From Candidatus Saccharimonadota bacterium (GTDB lineage Bacteria > Patescibacteriota > Saccharimonadia > Saccharimonadales > JAXHMH01), in the NCBI GenBank assembly GCA_034521515.1, contig JAXHMH010000002.1, positions 512,444-576,443 of the forward strand: 64,000 bases of DNA, given 5' to 3'. The position numbers were made by a program, and so were the translations under genes. Shown in pieces: positions 36,799-46,575 of this stretch (the first letter of the stretch is position 1; every line of letters starts with the position of its first letter). The notes beneath the pieces were generated by a model. That model was not told the origin of the DNA. It ran no database searches and worked only from the letters and a program-made list of their open reading frames with translations.

Positions 36799-37448
36799 CC
36801 AAGATTGGTGTGTTTGATTCAGGGGTAGGAGGACAGGCAGTAGTGGACGCTATCAAGCGTTCTATACCCGATGCCGATGTTGTGTATGCAGATGACAAGG
36901 CCAATGTGCCGTATGGTAATAAAACTCCGGAGGAGTTAAAACAACTTGTTTTGCCAATACTTAACATGTTAAGTAAACAGGGATGTGATGCCATTGTTGT
37001 CGCTTGCAATAGTGTAACCACTACGATAATCAGTGATTTACGTCAAAAAATCAGCACTCCCCTGATTGGCATGGAGCCGATGGTAAAACCTGCAGCCGCT
37101 ACAACCGAAACTGGCATGATAGCAGTCTGCGCTACGCCAGCCACACTCAAGAGCACCCGCTACGCGTGGCTGAAACAGCAGTATGCGGACGGTGTTGAAG
37201 TTTTAGAACCGGACTGCAGTGCCTGGCCTTACATGATCGAGTCCAAGCAGATAGATCACAACAAGATTCGCAGCCGCATTGCAGACGTGTGTGAGGCTGG
37301 TGCCGATGTTATCGTGCTTGGTTGTACGCATTACCACTGGATTGAAAAAGAGATAAAAGACATCGCCAAAGAGTATAAAACGACCGTTATCCAGCCGGAG
37401 CAGCCAGTTATAGCTCAGCTTAAGCGAGTTTTAGGACTTCGTCCTTAA
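36795..37448 (+). CDS. murI: Glutamate racemase
   Basis: IGVFDSGVGG, VVACNSVTT and GCTHYHW. Confidence 0.85.
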   Translation: MTKIGVFDSGVGGQAVVDAIKRSIPDADVVYADDKANVPYGNKTPEELKQLVLPILNMLSKQGCDAIVVACNSVTTTIISDLRQKISTPLIGMEPMVKPAAATTETGMIAVCATPATLKSTRYAWLKQQYADGVEVLEPDCSAWPYMIESKQIDHNKIRSRIADVCEAGADVIVLGCTHYHWIEKEIKDIAKEYKTTVIQPEQPVIAQLKRVLGLRP

Positions 37449-38727
37449 ATTGTTGACCGCGGTCTTTATAGTCCGAGAACATCCCAAAGCTGGCGCAGCC
37501 GGTCGAAAGTAGTACGACATCACCAGGCTTGGCGTATTTATGTGCCGTTTTAACAATAGACTTCATGGTCTTTCCATCATCCACGATGTCCGTAAAGTCG
37601 ACTGCTTTGAGAGCCTTCTTGATGTCAGGAGCCGTATCACCGATCAGTACCACTTTGCGGACATTGTGATTTTTGACGGTTAACGCCAACTTGTCATAAC
37701 GGGCACCCTTATCTGATCCGCCCAAAATGACAACTTTTGGTTCGGTGAATGCTTCCATGGCTACGATGGCGGTTTCTGGTGTGGTGCCAAACGAGTCATC
37801 GTAATAACTAACTTTGTCGATTTCCTTAACGAGCTCTAATCGGTGTTCCAAACCTGAGAATGTCTGCAGCGCCCAGCGTATCGCGTTGGCGTCCTGGTGA
37901 ACTTGCCAGACAGTAGTAATTGCTGCACAGACGTTTTGTAGATTGTGTTTGCCCAGTAGCTTGATGTCGTTAATTGAACAAATTGGTCGTTCGTCGATAA
38001 TTATATTGTTGTCTTTGACGTAAGCACCGGGTGGGTCATAATAAGGTAATTTTTTAGCACGTCCCACGGAAGCAACCGCCTTTGATGTATCATTTTCTGC
38101 AAAATAGATTGCTACGTCCCGGGGTTTTTGGTGGGCAAACATCTGTTGCTTTGCGGTTACATATTCTTCCATACTAACGTGCCAATCAAGATGTTCTTCT
38201 ACTATCATTAACACAACACCGATATGCGGGCTGTGTTTTAGGTCTATGAGCTGAAAGTTGGCAAGCTCCAGCACGACCCAATCTCCTGGGCGAATACCGT
38301 CTTTTAAAAGTGCTAATGGCGGTATACCGATATTCCCGCCCAAGTGAACACGTATTCCGGCAGCGTCTAGCATCTTGGCGATTAGAGTACTGGTTGTACC
38401 TTTGCCTTTGGTGCCAGTCACGCCGATTATATTGCGGCTAGGGCATATCTTAAAGAACTCGTTGGTAACAGTAGTTACTTTATCTAGTATGTCGGGGTGT
38501 TTAGGGTTGGCTTTTTGAATGTCGCTTGGGTGTAGAGCTGGTGTGCGTACCAACAAATCAAATTTATCTAAGTTTTTTAGATAATCTTTACCCAGTTGTG
38601 ATTTAGTGCCTTTTGGCACCTTAGTCTTTGTACTGCGGTCGCAAATTGTCAGTTTATTGTCGCCTTGATTCCAATACTCGTAAGCGGATTGGCCTTGTCC
38701 GGCAAATCCTAAAATTGCGATGTTCAT
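37420..38727 (-). CDS. murD: UDP-N-acetylmuramoylalanine--D-glutamate ligase
   Basis: GVTGTKGKGTTSTL and the Mur ligase domains. Confidence 0.9.
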   Translation of the reverse strand: MNIAILGFAGQGQSAYEYWNQGDNKLTICDRSTKTKVPKGTKSQLGKDYLKNLDKFDLLVRTPALHPSDIQKANPKHPDILDKVTTVTNEFFKICPSRNIIGVTGTKGKGTTSTLIAKMLDAAGIRVHLGGNIGIPPLALLKDGIRPGDWVVLELANFQLIDLKHSPHIGVVLMIVEEHLDWHVSMEEYVTAKQQMFAHQKPRDVAIYFAENDTSKAVASVGRAKKLPYYDPPGAYVKDNNIIIDERPICSINDIKLLGKHNLQNVCAAITTVWQVHQDANAIRWALQTFSGLEHRLELVKEIDKVSYYDDSFGTTPETAIVAMEAFTEPKVVILGGSDKGARYDKLALTVKNHNVRKVVLIGDTAPDIKKALKAVDFTDIVDDGKTMKSIVKTAHKYAKPGDVVLLSTGCASFGMFSDYKDRGQQFKDEVLKLA

Positions 38728-38766
38728 GCGTATAAGTATCCGGTATCAACGCTGAAGTATCAAGCT

Positions 38767-39135
38767 TTAGCTTGCAAGTTGTTGTTTGACGAGCTCTGCC
38801 ACTTGTCGCGGCGTCATGTCGGCTTTTAGGATTACGGCGCTAACGCCCAGCTCTTTTACTTTGGCCGGAAGCTCTTGTTCGCCCATATTGGTTAAGATAA
38901 CAACCTTGATGTCCTTACCCCAGTCAGTAGCCCGTAATTGCTGCAACATTTCGTCACCAGTCATCTCTGGCATCATTAGGTCAAGCAAGATAATATCAGG
39001 CTTCATGTTCTCGGCTAATTCCAAGCCAAGCTTGCCGTTTTCGGCTGTTTCTACCTCATAACCCTCGGCCTCGAACTTGATGCGGTACATCTGCGATATA
39101 GCTAGATCGTCCTCAATAATTGCAACTTTTGTCAT
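38767..39135 (-). CDS. Single-domain response regulator (receiver only)
   Basis: Receiver signature: IIEDD, ILLDLMMPEMTG, KADMTP. No output domain. Confidence 0.85.
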   Translation of the reverse strand: MTKVAIIEDDLAISQMYRIKFEAEGYEVETAENGKLGLELAENMKPDIILLDLMMPEMTGDEMLQQLRATDWGKDIKVVILTNMGEQELPAKVKELGVSAVILKADMTPRQVAELVKQQLAS

Positions 39136-39173
39136 ACTCTCATCCTACGACAAAACCTAGCTTAAAGACAACT

Positions 39174-39557
39174 TTACCGCATTGGTGTGTTTAGTATTTC
39201 ATGGGCGATTTCAACCACCTGTCCAGGGGTGTAGTGGGCTTTTACGACGTATCTATCGACTCCCAAAAAGCCTAGATTGGACGGAGCTTCATCGCGGCTG
39301 ATATTAGTCAGCACAATAACTCGGATGTTTGCCCCCCAATCTTCTTGACGCAGCTTTTCTAGCATGTCATCACCGCTCATAACCGGCATACGCAGGTCTA
39401 ATAAAATAAGATTGGGCTCAAACTCCTTGATAACCGACAAGCCTTCTTTGCCGTTGTGAGCAACACTTACCTCAAAGCCAGAATTTTCCAGCTTCATGGC
39501 ATACATTGCTGCTAGGGCATGCTCGTCTTCTATAACAACTACTTTACGCATTTGCAT
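39174..39557 (-). CDS. Single-domain response regulator (receiver only), paralog
   Basis: VIEDE, ILLDLRMPVMSG, KAHYTP. Confidence 0.85.
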   Translation of the reverse strand: MQMRKVVVIEDEHALAAMYAMKLENSGFEVSVAHNGKEGLSVIKEFEPNLILLDLRMPVMSGDDMLEKLRQEDWGANIRVIVLTNISRDEAPSNLGFLGVDRYVVKAHYTPGQVVEIAHEILNTPMR

Positions 39558-39627
39558 ATTTGTGGAATTGTTCTATTATTGACTTTTTTAATCACCTCTG
39601 ATAGTATAGCAACGTTCTTTAGCAGAC

Positions 39628-39680
39628 AAAACGACGTTACGGGTTGCCCACACGGCAGTCTGTGACGTCGTTTTTTGTTT
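39628..39680 (+). promoter_or_regulatory. Terminator-like hairpin in the leader of the ABC/kinase operon (possible attenuator)
   Basis: 13-bp stem aaaacgacgttac / gtgacgtcgtttt with a 21-nt loop, then a T run. It lies between a TTGACT-N17-TAGTAT promoter (about 39579..39607) and ATG 39719. Confidence 0.45.
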
Positions 39681-39718
39681 TCAAAATAGTTAGAGAATTT
39701 ATAGAACAGCGGATTTTA

Positions 39719-41218
39719 ATGACAGAGCACGAATTACAATCACAAGAATTACAGGAACACCAAGACGCACAAGAGACCACTCAGCAGCATGGTTTCATTG
39801 ACAAGGTTAAAAGTTCTTTTAATACAAAAAAAGCAGCCGTTATTTTGGCTGCAGGATTAACTGCTGGTGGAGCGCACGCAGCCTATGATACTGAGCCAGT
39901 CGGCAACGTGATCGATGATGCAATTGAAACAGTAGACAGCTTTAGTATTCCATTAACGCTAGATGTGGATCCTGAGCTTCCAGGTACCATGGTAGATATA
40001 AACGAAGGCTTACGAGATGTAGCCACCCCATATTTTATAGGCGCAGCTGGCTTAACTTTAGCATTAGTAGGCTATGCTCGCATGTCAGAGCGAGGCGCAG
40101 CCATGCAGACAATTTCACAATCTAACTCTTCTGGTAACGCGAAAAGATTATTACTTCCGGCACTTCTTATGGCGAGCGTAGGAACGGGTAGCTCGTTAGC
40201 TAGTGATAGTGCTGAGGCGGCCGTTAGACCCGTGAAGGCGATTGAGCAAAATATTGAATCTAATCTTGGCACAGATGTTTCAGACATGTATATGCCTTTT
40301 GTCCAGCATGAGCGTCAAGTAATAAATAATCATGGAGGGATATCAGAAACTGCCGTGGATGATTTGGTTGAAAAGCACGGGAGCTCTAATGTAGTGCCAC
40401 TTCGTGTAGCTCTGGGTAGCATCAGACCCCTTAATGGCGGCGTTGAGCCCCCTAGTGCTGCTATCGTTACCGCGCCCTCCGAAATTATTAGCCAGATAGG
40501 TTCGCTTGAAACTACCGGAGACCTGCCAGGAGTTATAGTTGGCGAGCAACTTCGAGCAAACATAGGTGATATTGTTGAAGTAGACGGTAAGAACTTCGAG
40601 GTTACAGATATTAGTTCTGAGCCAGGTGGTATTGGCCGTGTGACTGTTTACGGTTCCAACGAAGACCTAGAAGGTATCTTTCCTGAAGAGACGTATTCAG
40701 CAGTACTGGTAAACAATAATATCAGCGATGAAGTCAGTAATGAGTTCGAAGAAAACAATATTCAACATTCTGAGACGACACTCGAAGATCTATACGATGA
40801 GTATGAAAGGTTTTTTCTAGGCACAATATCTTCATCTCAAATGGATAACTTACTTAAATTAAGTCTTGTTGCAGCTGCCGGCGTAACATACGCAGCAGTA
40901 AATAGGGGTGGTCAAAATAGAAATAGGGATGCATCGCTTTACTTCCAAGGTACATCGTTAAATTCGCTCAATACATCTATTCTCTACACGACATATGCTG
41001 ATAGCATCAAGGCTGCTGCCTTGGCAGCGCCCTTGGGAATTGTTATGAAAGCTATGACAGCACGTGCTCAGTTTGGTTTTGAGTTAGATGCATCACCGAA
41101 AGACCTAGGAACCGGACTATTGGTTGGTCAGATCGTAATGTTTGCTGGATTTATGGCAGGTGAACGTCGTCAAACTCATAAAAACGTCAAAGCAGATAAT
41201 CTAAGGGTTCAAGTGTAA
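39719..41218 (+). CDS. Membrane protein, divergent FtsX/MacB-like ABC permease
   Basis: Has TM segments and a MacB-like extracytoplasmic segment (GEQLRANIGDIVEVDGKNFEVTDI). The C-terminal helices follow an FtsX-like spacing. The gene overlaps the ATPase start by 1 nt. Confidence 0.5.
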   Translation: MTEHELQSQELQEHQDAQETTQQHGFIDKVKSSFNTKKAAVILAAGLTAGGAHAAYDTEPVGNVIDDAIETVDSFSIPLTLDVDPELPGTMVDINEGLRDVATPYFIGAAGLTLALVGYARMSERGAAMQTISQSNSSGNAKRLLLPALLMASVGTGSSLASDSAEAAVRPVKAIEQNIESNLGTDVSDMYMPFVQHERQVINNHGGISETAVDDLVEKHGSSNVVPLRVALGSIRPLNGGVEPPSAAIVTAPSEIISQIGSLETTGDLPGVIVGEQLRANIGDIVEVDGKNFEVTDISSEPGGIGRVTVYGSNEDLEGIFPEETYSAVLVNNNISDEVSNEFEENNIQHSETTLEDLYDEYERFFLGTISSSQMDNLLKLSLVAAAGVTYAAVNRGGQNRNRDASLYFQGTSLNSLNTSILYTTYADSIKAAALAAPLGIVMKAMTARAQFGFELDASPKDLGTGLLVGQIVMFAGFMAGERRQTHKNVKADNLRVQV

Positions 41219-42024
41219 TGAGTAGCGAACATCTTCACATAGAACTAGAAAATATCCATGTCCATATCCCAGAAGAACGTACTGGAATGCAACGCCTTTT
41301 ATTGCGGGGACCTGAATATGGGCAGCATGTACTGAGGGGCGTTGACCTAGAGATAGAAGCCGTGCCCGGCACTTATACTGCTATAGAGGGTCCATCTGGT
41401 TCTGGTAAGACAACATTGTTAACCACAATCTTAGGAGGACTACCCGGCAATCAAGATCGACCTACTGAGGGTCGCGTGCTCTGGGATGGGTTCGATATAT
41501 ACGATATGAAACCAGTAGAGCGTAGCGAGGCTTTACGTCGTGTTGGTTTTATACCGCAAACTTTTCTGCCAATGAGGGGGCTTACTATAGCGGAAAGAGT
41601 AACACTGCCGTATCGTCTAGAGTCAAGATATGAGCGAAGGGCTGCCAATAAGACAACAAATAAAAAAGTCGCAGATGTTTTAGATGAGGTGGGCTTAGAG
41701 AAACTACCAACAAGTTCAAACGCTAATCTATCAAACGGAGAGATGCGAAGAATGGCATTCGCCTCTGCATTGTTGGGATCAGAGGTAGAAATGTTGCTTG
41801 CTGATGAGCCTACAGCTGGGCTGAACGGCTCTTCAAAAGACGGTATAAATAATCTTATGAGTCGGCTAAATGACGAGGGTATGCCAATGGTGTTTATTAC
41901 ACACGAGCAACACCAGGCAAAGACAACTGTAGACATACAGGATGGTAGGGTTGTGGGTAGGCATGATACTCCCGTGCGAGGTAAATATAGCGATAGCGCT
42001 GAAGATTCAGGAGTTGCATCATGA
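41218..42024 (+). CDS. ABC transporter ATP-binding protein
   Basis: Walker A GPSGSGKTT, signature LSNGE (degenerate), Walker B LLADEPT, H-loop ITHE. Confidence 0.9.
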   Translation: MSSEHLHIELENIHVHIPEERTGMQRLLLRGPEYGQHVLRGVDLEIEAVPGTYTAIEGPSGSGKTTLLTTILGGLPGNQDRPTEGRVLWDGFDIYDMKPVERSEALRRVGFIPQTFLPMRGLTIAERVTLPYRLESRYERRAANKTTNKKVADVLDEVGLEKLPTSSNANLSNGEMRRMAFASALLGSEVEMLLADEPTAGLNGSSKDGINNLMSRLNDEGMPMVFITHEQHQAKTTVDIQDGRVVGRHDTPVRGKYSDSAEDSGVAS

Positions 42025-43373
42025 GTGAGAAGATTGATGTAAGTAGACAGGTTGGGGTGGGGCGCGATGAACTATGGATGCCCGACCATACGCTAAGTTA
42101 TGATATAGACCGTAGCTATATGCTACTCGAAAAACTTGAACGCGTTGCTGGTGCGGTAGGTGACAGTATATGCCAGGCAGAGATTGACCAAAGTCTTGAG
42201 TTTGCAGAAAATGCAGTTAAACAATTTACTGAGTATAAAAAAGGCGGTAAAGTTGACGAGCGTCGTGGGCACACTTTCTTAATTCCTGTAACCGTGTCGG
42301 AAACAGAAGAAGCCCCCGGTGAGTCATACGAAGAAATTAAAACAGCTTTGCCGATGCTGCATTATGTTGATGCGATGACTCGGCATAGAACATTACTCAG
42401 CTTGCCGCCTTGTGAAGTGGGTAGGTATGAGCCATTTGAAGGTTCTGAAGTTAGCGGTATTGCCATGTACACGCCAATAACCGCCGAAATCGCAAACCAA
42501 AATGATCGACGTCAGGCTTTAAAAATAGCTAGGAATATTGTTAACGAGACGGTTGACTTCGCAGCGACTTACCATGGCTCTGATGTAGTAGGTTTAGGCG
42601 GAGTAATACCTGCCTTTACTCGTTTCGGCAAAAAGATAGACGTAGATGTAGAGACAACAACTGGTCATGCAGGTACGGTGCGTATGATTGCAGAAACTGT
42701 AGATATATCCAAAGAAGTCTTCAATATAGATGAGTCGAACAGCCTTTCACTTATAGGCTGCGGGTCAATAGGTAGTGCATTTGCTGAATATATGCTTGAG
42801 TCGCAACCCGGTACAAACCTACATGTCTACGACGATGACCGTGATACGCAACAGAGAATGGTACGTAAGCTTAGGGATATGTTTGGAGAAGAGCGGGTTG
42901 TACCCGCAGACAACATTAAACAGGCAATAGAAGCCTCTATCGTGACGGTTAGCGCCGTCATTGGTTCACTGGCTGAAAACGAAGGCTATGACGAAGTTGA
43001 TTTTTATAGAAGAGTTTTGATTGATGACAGCCATCCACCAAGCGTCTCCCGTAACGATATTGAAAATAGAGGCGGGAATGTTATGTGGGTGATTGGTGAT
43101 GGTGCCGGGATTATTAAGCGATTGCCTGTCCGTGAAGATATGCCTTCAGTGAAATTTTGCGGAGGCAAGGTAGCGCTAGAGTCTGATGTATGGGGTTGTG
43201 AAGCTGAAGTTGGGGCGCTAGCTGCTACCAGGGCTTTTGGTGCTATAAATAGTCCAGTAACTTCCGAAGATGTTCATGCAGTAGGCAGGGCTTTCAAAGA
43301 GCTAAGTATAGGACCTTCAGCTCCACAAAGCTTTGGACGTCTGATCAATCCAAAAGTCTTATCTAGCAAATAG
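42021..43373 (+). CDS. Predicted NAD(P)-dependent oxidoreductase, COG5322/acyl-ACP-reductase-like C-terminal domain
   Basis: VVGLGGVIPAF...TTTGHAGTV...LIGCGSIGSAFAEY (Rossmann fold). The N-terminal roughly 190 aa are unassigned. ATGA-coupled to the ATPase gene. Confidence 0.5.
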   Translation: MSEKIDVSRQVGVGRDELWMPDHTLSYDIDRSYMLLEKLERVAGAVGDSICQAEIDQSLEFAENAVKQFTEYKKGGKVDERRGHTFLIPVTVSETEEAPGESYEEIKTALPMLHYVDAMTRHRTLLSLPPCEVGRYEPFEGSEVSGIAMYTPITAEIANQNDRRQALKIARNIVNETVDFAATYHGSDVVGLGGVIPAFTRFGKKIDVDVETTTGHAGTVRMIAETVDISKEVFNIDESNSLSLIGCGSIGSAFAEYMLESQPGTNLHVYDDDRDTQQRMVRKLRDMFGEERVVPADNIKQAIEASIVTVSAVIGSLAENEGYDEVDFYRRVLIDDSHPPSVSRNDIENRGGNVMWVIGDGAGIIKRLPVREDMPSVKFCGGKVALESDVWGCEAEVGALAATRAFGAINSPVTSEDVHAVGRAFKELSIGPSAPQSFGRLINPKVLSSK

Positions 43374-43408
43374 CATAAGTATTTTGGCATTTTGCATTAC
43401 AATATCAA

Positions 43409-45625
43409 GTGATGCAGTACTTGCTATATACGGTCGCAGTAGTTAACTTTTTGTTAAGCCTCATTGTTATCGCGAATGCACCATCTTCTCGTGTAAACCG
43501 CTACTTTGGGTTTTTCGCATTGCTTGGTTCTTTCTGGTCTCTTGGTACTGCCCTTCTGCTTTACACTCCCGGGCAAGCAGCGGTCACAGTTGGTCAGTTT
43601 TTATTTTTCGCTGCACCTTTAGGGACTAGCTATTTTATATTACTGTTCTCGATGGTTTTTCCGTATAGCAAGCATCTTTCAACACTACGCAAAGGGGCAC
43701 TAGCTGTTTACCCGCTACTGCTGGGGATTATTTATTTAGGAAACAGCGATTTTTTCATCACTAGTACAGTTGCGGCTCCAGTTAATCAGGTGGCCGTAAG
43801 CCCTTACGGGTATTCTCTTTATGCTGCATTCTTTTTTGTATATCTGGGTGTTGCACCAGCCTATTTATTACGAGTTTATATGAACAAAACACTCCACTTT
43901 GCCCTAAGAAGCCAGACTATTTATGCAACTGTGGCAATTTCGTTAACCTCGGTAGTGTCTGCCTTTACTAACCTAATCATTCCGATATTAGGGGACACTA
44001 CGTACATATGGGCGGGGCCTCTTACAGGTCTGCCGTTTATGTTTTTGATAAGTCGAGCAATTATACGGCACAAACTCTTTAATATAAGGGTTGTTGTGGC
44101 ACGCACATTAGGTTATGCATTCTCTTTCCTTGTACTTGCTGCTGGTTATTTCTCCATCTCACACTTCATATCCAGTGAGCTTAGAGCTCGTTTTGAGGGT
44201 CAATCAGCAGAAGCTTTACTGTCGTTACTTCTGCTGATAGGCACAGTATTACTGTTCCAACCTCTAAAAAGCCGTTTTGATAGACTGACAAATAAAATTT
44301 TCTACCAAGATGCGTATGATCCGCAGGAGTTTTTGAGCGAGCTGAATAAACTCTTGGTCGAGACGGTAGATATCGAAAGCCTGCTGGTTGGCAGCTCAGA
44401 AATCATAAAGCGCAACATTAAGGCAGAGTACTGCTCGTTTGTAATACGCGAGACCTCGTATTTTGAGCAGCGTACCATTGGCGCAGAATCCAAGAAGTTT
44501 AGTGCGGAAAGTACAAAAATTATCCGCGAGACAATGCCAAGTATGCATCGCAAAATTGTCGTCACTGATGAGCTGGACGAAGGTAATGCCGAGCTTGCTG
44601 AAGTATTACGTGAACACGATATTGCCGTGGTGGTAAGGTTGGTTACAACTTTAGAGTATGACGTTGGCGGTCTTGGATACATGCTGCTTGGTGTTAAGAA
44701 AAGTGGCAACCCATATACATCCCAGGACATGCACGTGCTAGAGATCATCGGTAACGAGCTGGTGATTAGTGCTCAGAATGCGCTACGGTTTGAAGAAATT
44801 GAGAACTTTAACATCACGCTACAAAACAAGGTAGATGATGCTACAAAGCGCTTGCGCCAAACCAACGAAAAGCTCAAAAAAATGGACGAAACCAAAGACG
44901 AATTTATCAGCATGGCCTCGCACCAGTTGCGTACACCGCTTACCAGCGTGAAGGGGTATATCAGTATGGTTATGGAAGGTGATGCCGGCAAGATTAACGA
45001 TCAGCAACACAAGCTGCTTGACCAGGCATTTATTAGCTCGCAGCGCATGGTGTTTTTGATTGCAGACCTGCTTAACGTATCGCGGCTTAAGACCGGCAAG
45101 TTTGTAATAGAACCCAAGCGTATTAATCTGGCAGATGTTATTGAGGGCGAGGTGCGTCAGTTGCAAGAGACAGCTGTCTCACGCAAGCTAGAGCTAGTCT
45201 ATGACAAGCCAGAAAATTTCCCTGACCTAATGCTGGACGATACTAAAATTAGGCAGGTGATTATGAACTTTATAGACAACGCCATTTACTACACACCATT
45301 TGATGGGCGTATAGACGTTGAGCTGAAGGAGAAGCCGCAGACCATCGAGTTCACTGTCAGCGATAACGGCATAGGCGTACCAAAGAGCGAGCAACACAAA
45401 CTGTTTGGCAAGTTTTATCGGGCGGGTAATGCCCGCAAGGCACGGCCGGACGGCACTGGCCTGGGTCTGTTTATGGCTAAGAAAATCATTATTGCCCAGG
45501 GCGGCACCATAATATTCAAGAGCACCGAGGGTAAAGGTAGCGTATTTGGCTTTACGTTCCCTAAAGATAAGCTAGAGGTGGCCGGACAGATTGAAGTAAC
45601 CGACGACGGTGAAGACGACTCCTAA
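43409..45625 (+). CDS. Sensor histidine kinase with a multi-TM N-terminal sensor
   Basis: About 7 TM helices. H box MASHQLRTPLTSVKGY, N box DNAIYYTP, G boxes DNGIGV and GTGLGL. Confidence 0.9.
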   Translation: MMQYLLYTVAVVNFLLSLIVIANAPSSRVNRYFGFFALLGSFWSLGTALLLYTPGQAAVTVGQFLFFAAPLGTSYFILLFSMVFPYSKHLSTLRKGALAVYPLLLGIIYLGNSDFFITSTVAAPVNQVAVSPYGYSLYAAFFFVYLGVAPAYLLRVYMNKTLHFALRSQTIYATVAISLTSVVSAFTNLIIPILGDTTYIWAGPLTGLPFMFLISRAIIRHKLFNIRVVVARTLGYAFSFLVLAAGYFSISHFISSELRARFEGQSAEALLSLLLLIGTVLLFQPLKSRFDRLTNKIFYQDAYDPQEFLSELNKLLVETVDIESLLVGSSEIIKRNIKAEYCSFVIRETSYFEQRTIGAESKKFSAESTKIIRETMPSMHRKIVVTDELDEGNAELAEVLREHDIAVVVRLVTTLEYDVGGLGYMLLGVKKSGNPYTSQDMHVLEIIGNELVISAQNALRFEEIENFNITLQNKVDDATKRLRQTNEKLKKMDETKDEFISMASHQLRTPLTSVKGYISMVMEGDAGKINDQQHKLLDQAFISSQRMVFLIADLLNVSRLKTGKFVIEPKRINLADVIEGEVRQLQETAVSRKLELVYDKPENFPDLMLDDTKIRQVIMNFIDNAIYYTPFDGRIDVELKEKPQTIEFTVSDNGIGVPKSEQHKLFGKFYRAGNARKARPDGTGLGLFMAKKIIIAQGGTIIFKSTEGKGSVFGFTFPKDKLEVAGQIEVTDDGEDDS

Positions 45626-45721
45626 CGGCCTATAAGAGTGATTTATAGGACGATTCTGGCAGGAGTGATAACAGATGAGCATAAGCGAATTGCCACAGAG
45701 GTAGAATAATGGTGTTGTATA

Positions 45722-45750
45722 TTGACAAAATACGCCTTTTGTAGTAGAAT
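45722..45750 (+). promoter_or_regulatory. Near-consensus sigma-70-type promoter
   Basis: TTGACA (45722..45727), a 17-nt spacer, then TAGAAT (45745..45750). Confidence 0.6.
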
Positions 45751-45756
45751 TGAAGC

Positions 45757-46575
45757 ATCCTAGTTTATGGGTGTGAGGAACTAATCCCGTAACCGGACAT
45801 TTAAAGAAGGTGGAGATAGAGCGGCAACAGAGGTAGTTTATACGTCTCAGGGCTGCTTTTTTACACTTTTTGAGGAGTTCGGGAGTCCATAACCTATGGG
45901 TTCATTTACAAGTCAGATCATTACAGTCTATAATCCTGCAATTCATGCCGTAACAGACTGCTTCTGAACAAAGTTCAGAACACCTCTGTTACTCTTTGGA
46001 CGCTACGGCGTTGCTGGACTGTGGTGCGTCCTCATCGTACGTTTGTACGATTCCGGTCGCTCCTCGTCCGCGCCTTGTATCGCCCTAAAGCATGAAATGC
46101 AGGAAACTCCGGGATGTCAATATGTTGACATCTGGAGTGTTCCGTAAGGAGAGGCGCACTATCATGAGTGCGGGCCGTCTAATACTAGCCGCCAGGGGTC
46201 GTACCCTGTTGCTAGCAGTTGGCGGTCCGTGCTCATTGGTGTTGAAGCTAGTAGGTTGAGTAACTTCGGTTGCTCCCAGTAAGCTCCGCCTTACCTGACA
46301 CGGAACAGTGACTACAGTAAACCCTAAAAACAACACAGATTAAGACCTTTTTGCTTTTGAGCACAGCACTTTGTTTGTCGACCTCGACAATCAGGGTGCT
46401 GTGTTCAAACCCCAAGAGGGGGTATGAGCAACAAGTCGATGGCGACATCGACCTTGCTTGCTCATACGAGCGTCAAAGGAAGATTTAGCTGTCGACTTGT
46501 TGTGGGCAATCCCACAGCCTGGTGAGGCCATAGGCCAATCTAGCTCCTACCCCCTCATATCGAGGAAGGAGAGTC
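45757..46575 (+). ncRNA. Candidate long structured leader or unclassified ncRNA (about 0.8 kb, ORF-free)
   Basis: No plus-strand ORF of 60 aa or more. Many stems of 6-18 bp, for example ctccgggatgtcaa/ttgacatctggag, gtatgagcaa..ttgctcatac and gagcacagcac/gtgctgtgttc. Long-range complement gttccgt/acggaac. Confidence 0.3.

Noticed and set aside
46085-46448. Minus-strand ORFs 46085..46336 and 46248..46448
   Set aside because: They lie in GC-rich hairpin-dense DNA, overlap each other, and have no start context or motifs.
45757-46575. RNase P RNA, tmRNA, SRP RNA or 6S RNA as the identity of the structured ORF-free region
   Set aside because: I could not find the RNase P GGAAAGTCC or ACAGAA..CCGGCTTA blocks, a tRNA-like GGTTCGA...CCA end with a tag ORF, or the SRP GGAAGCAGCC helix-8 motif. 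The length also fits none of these RNAs.
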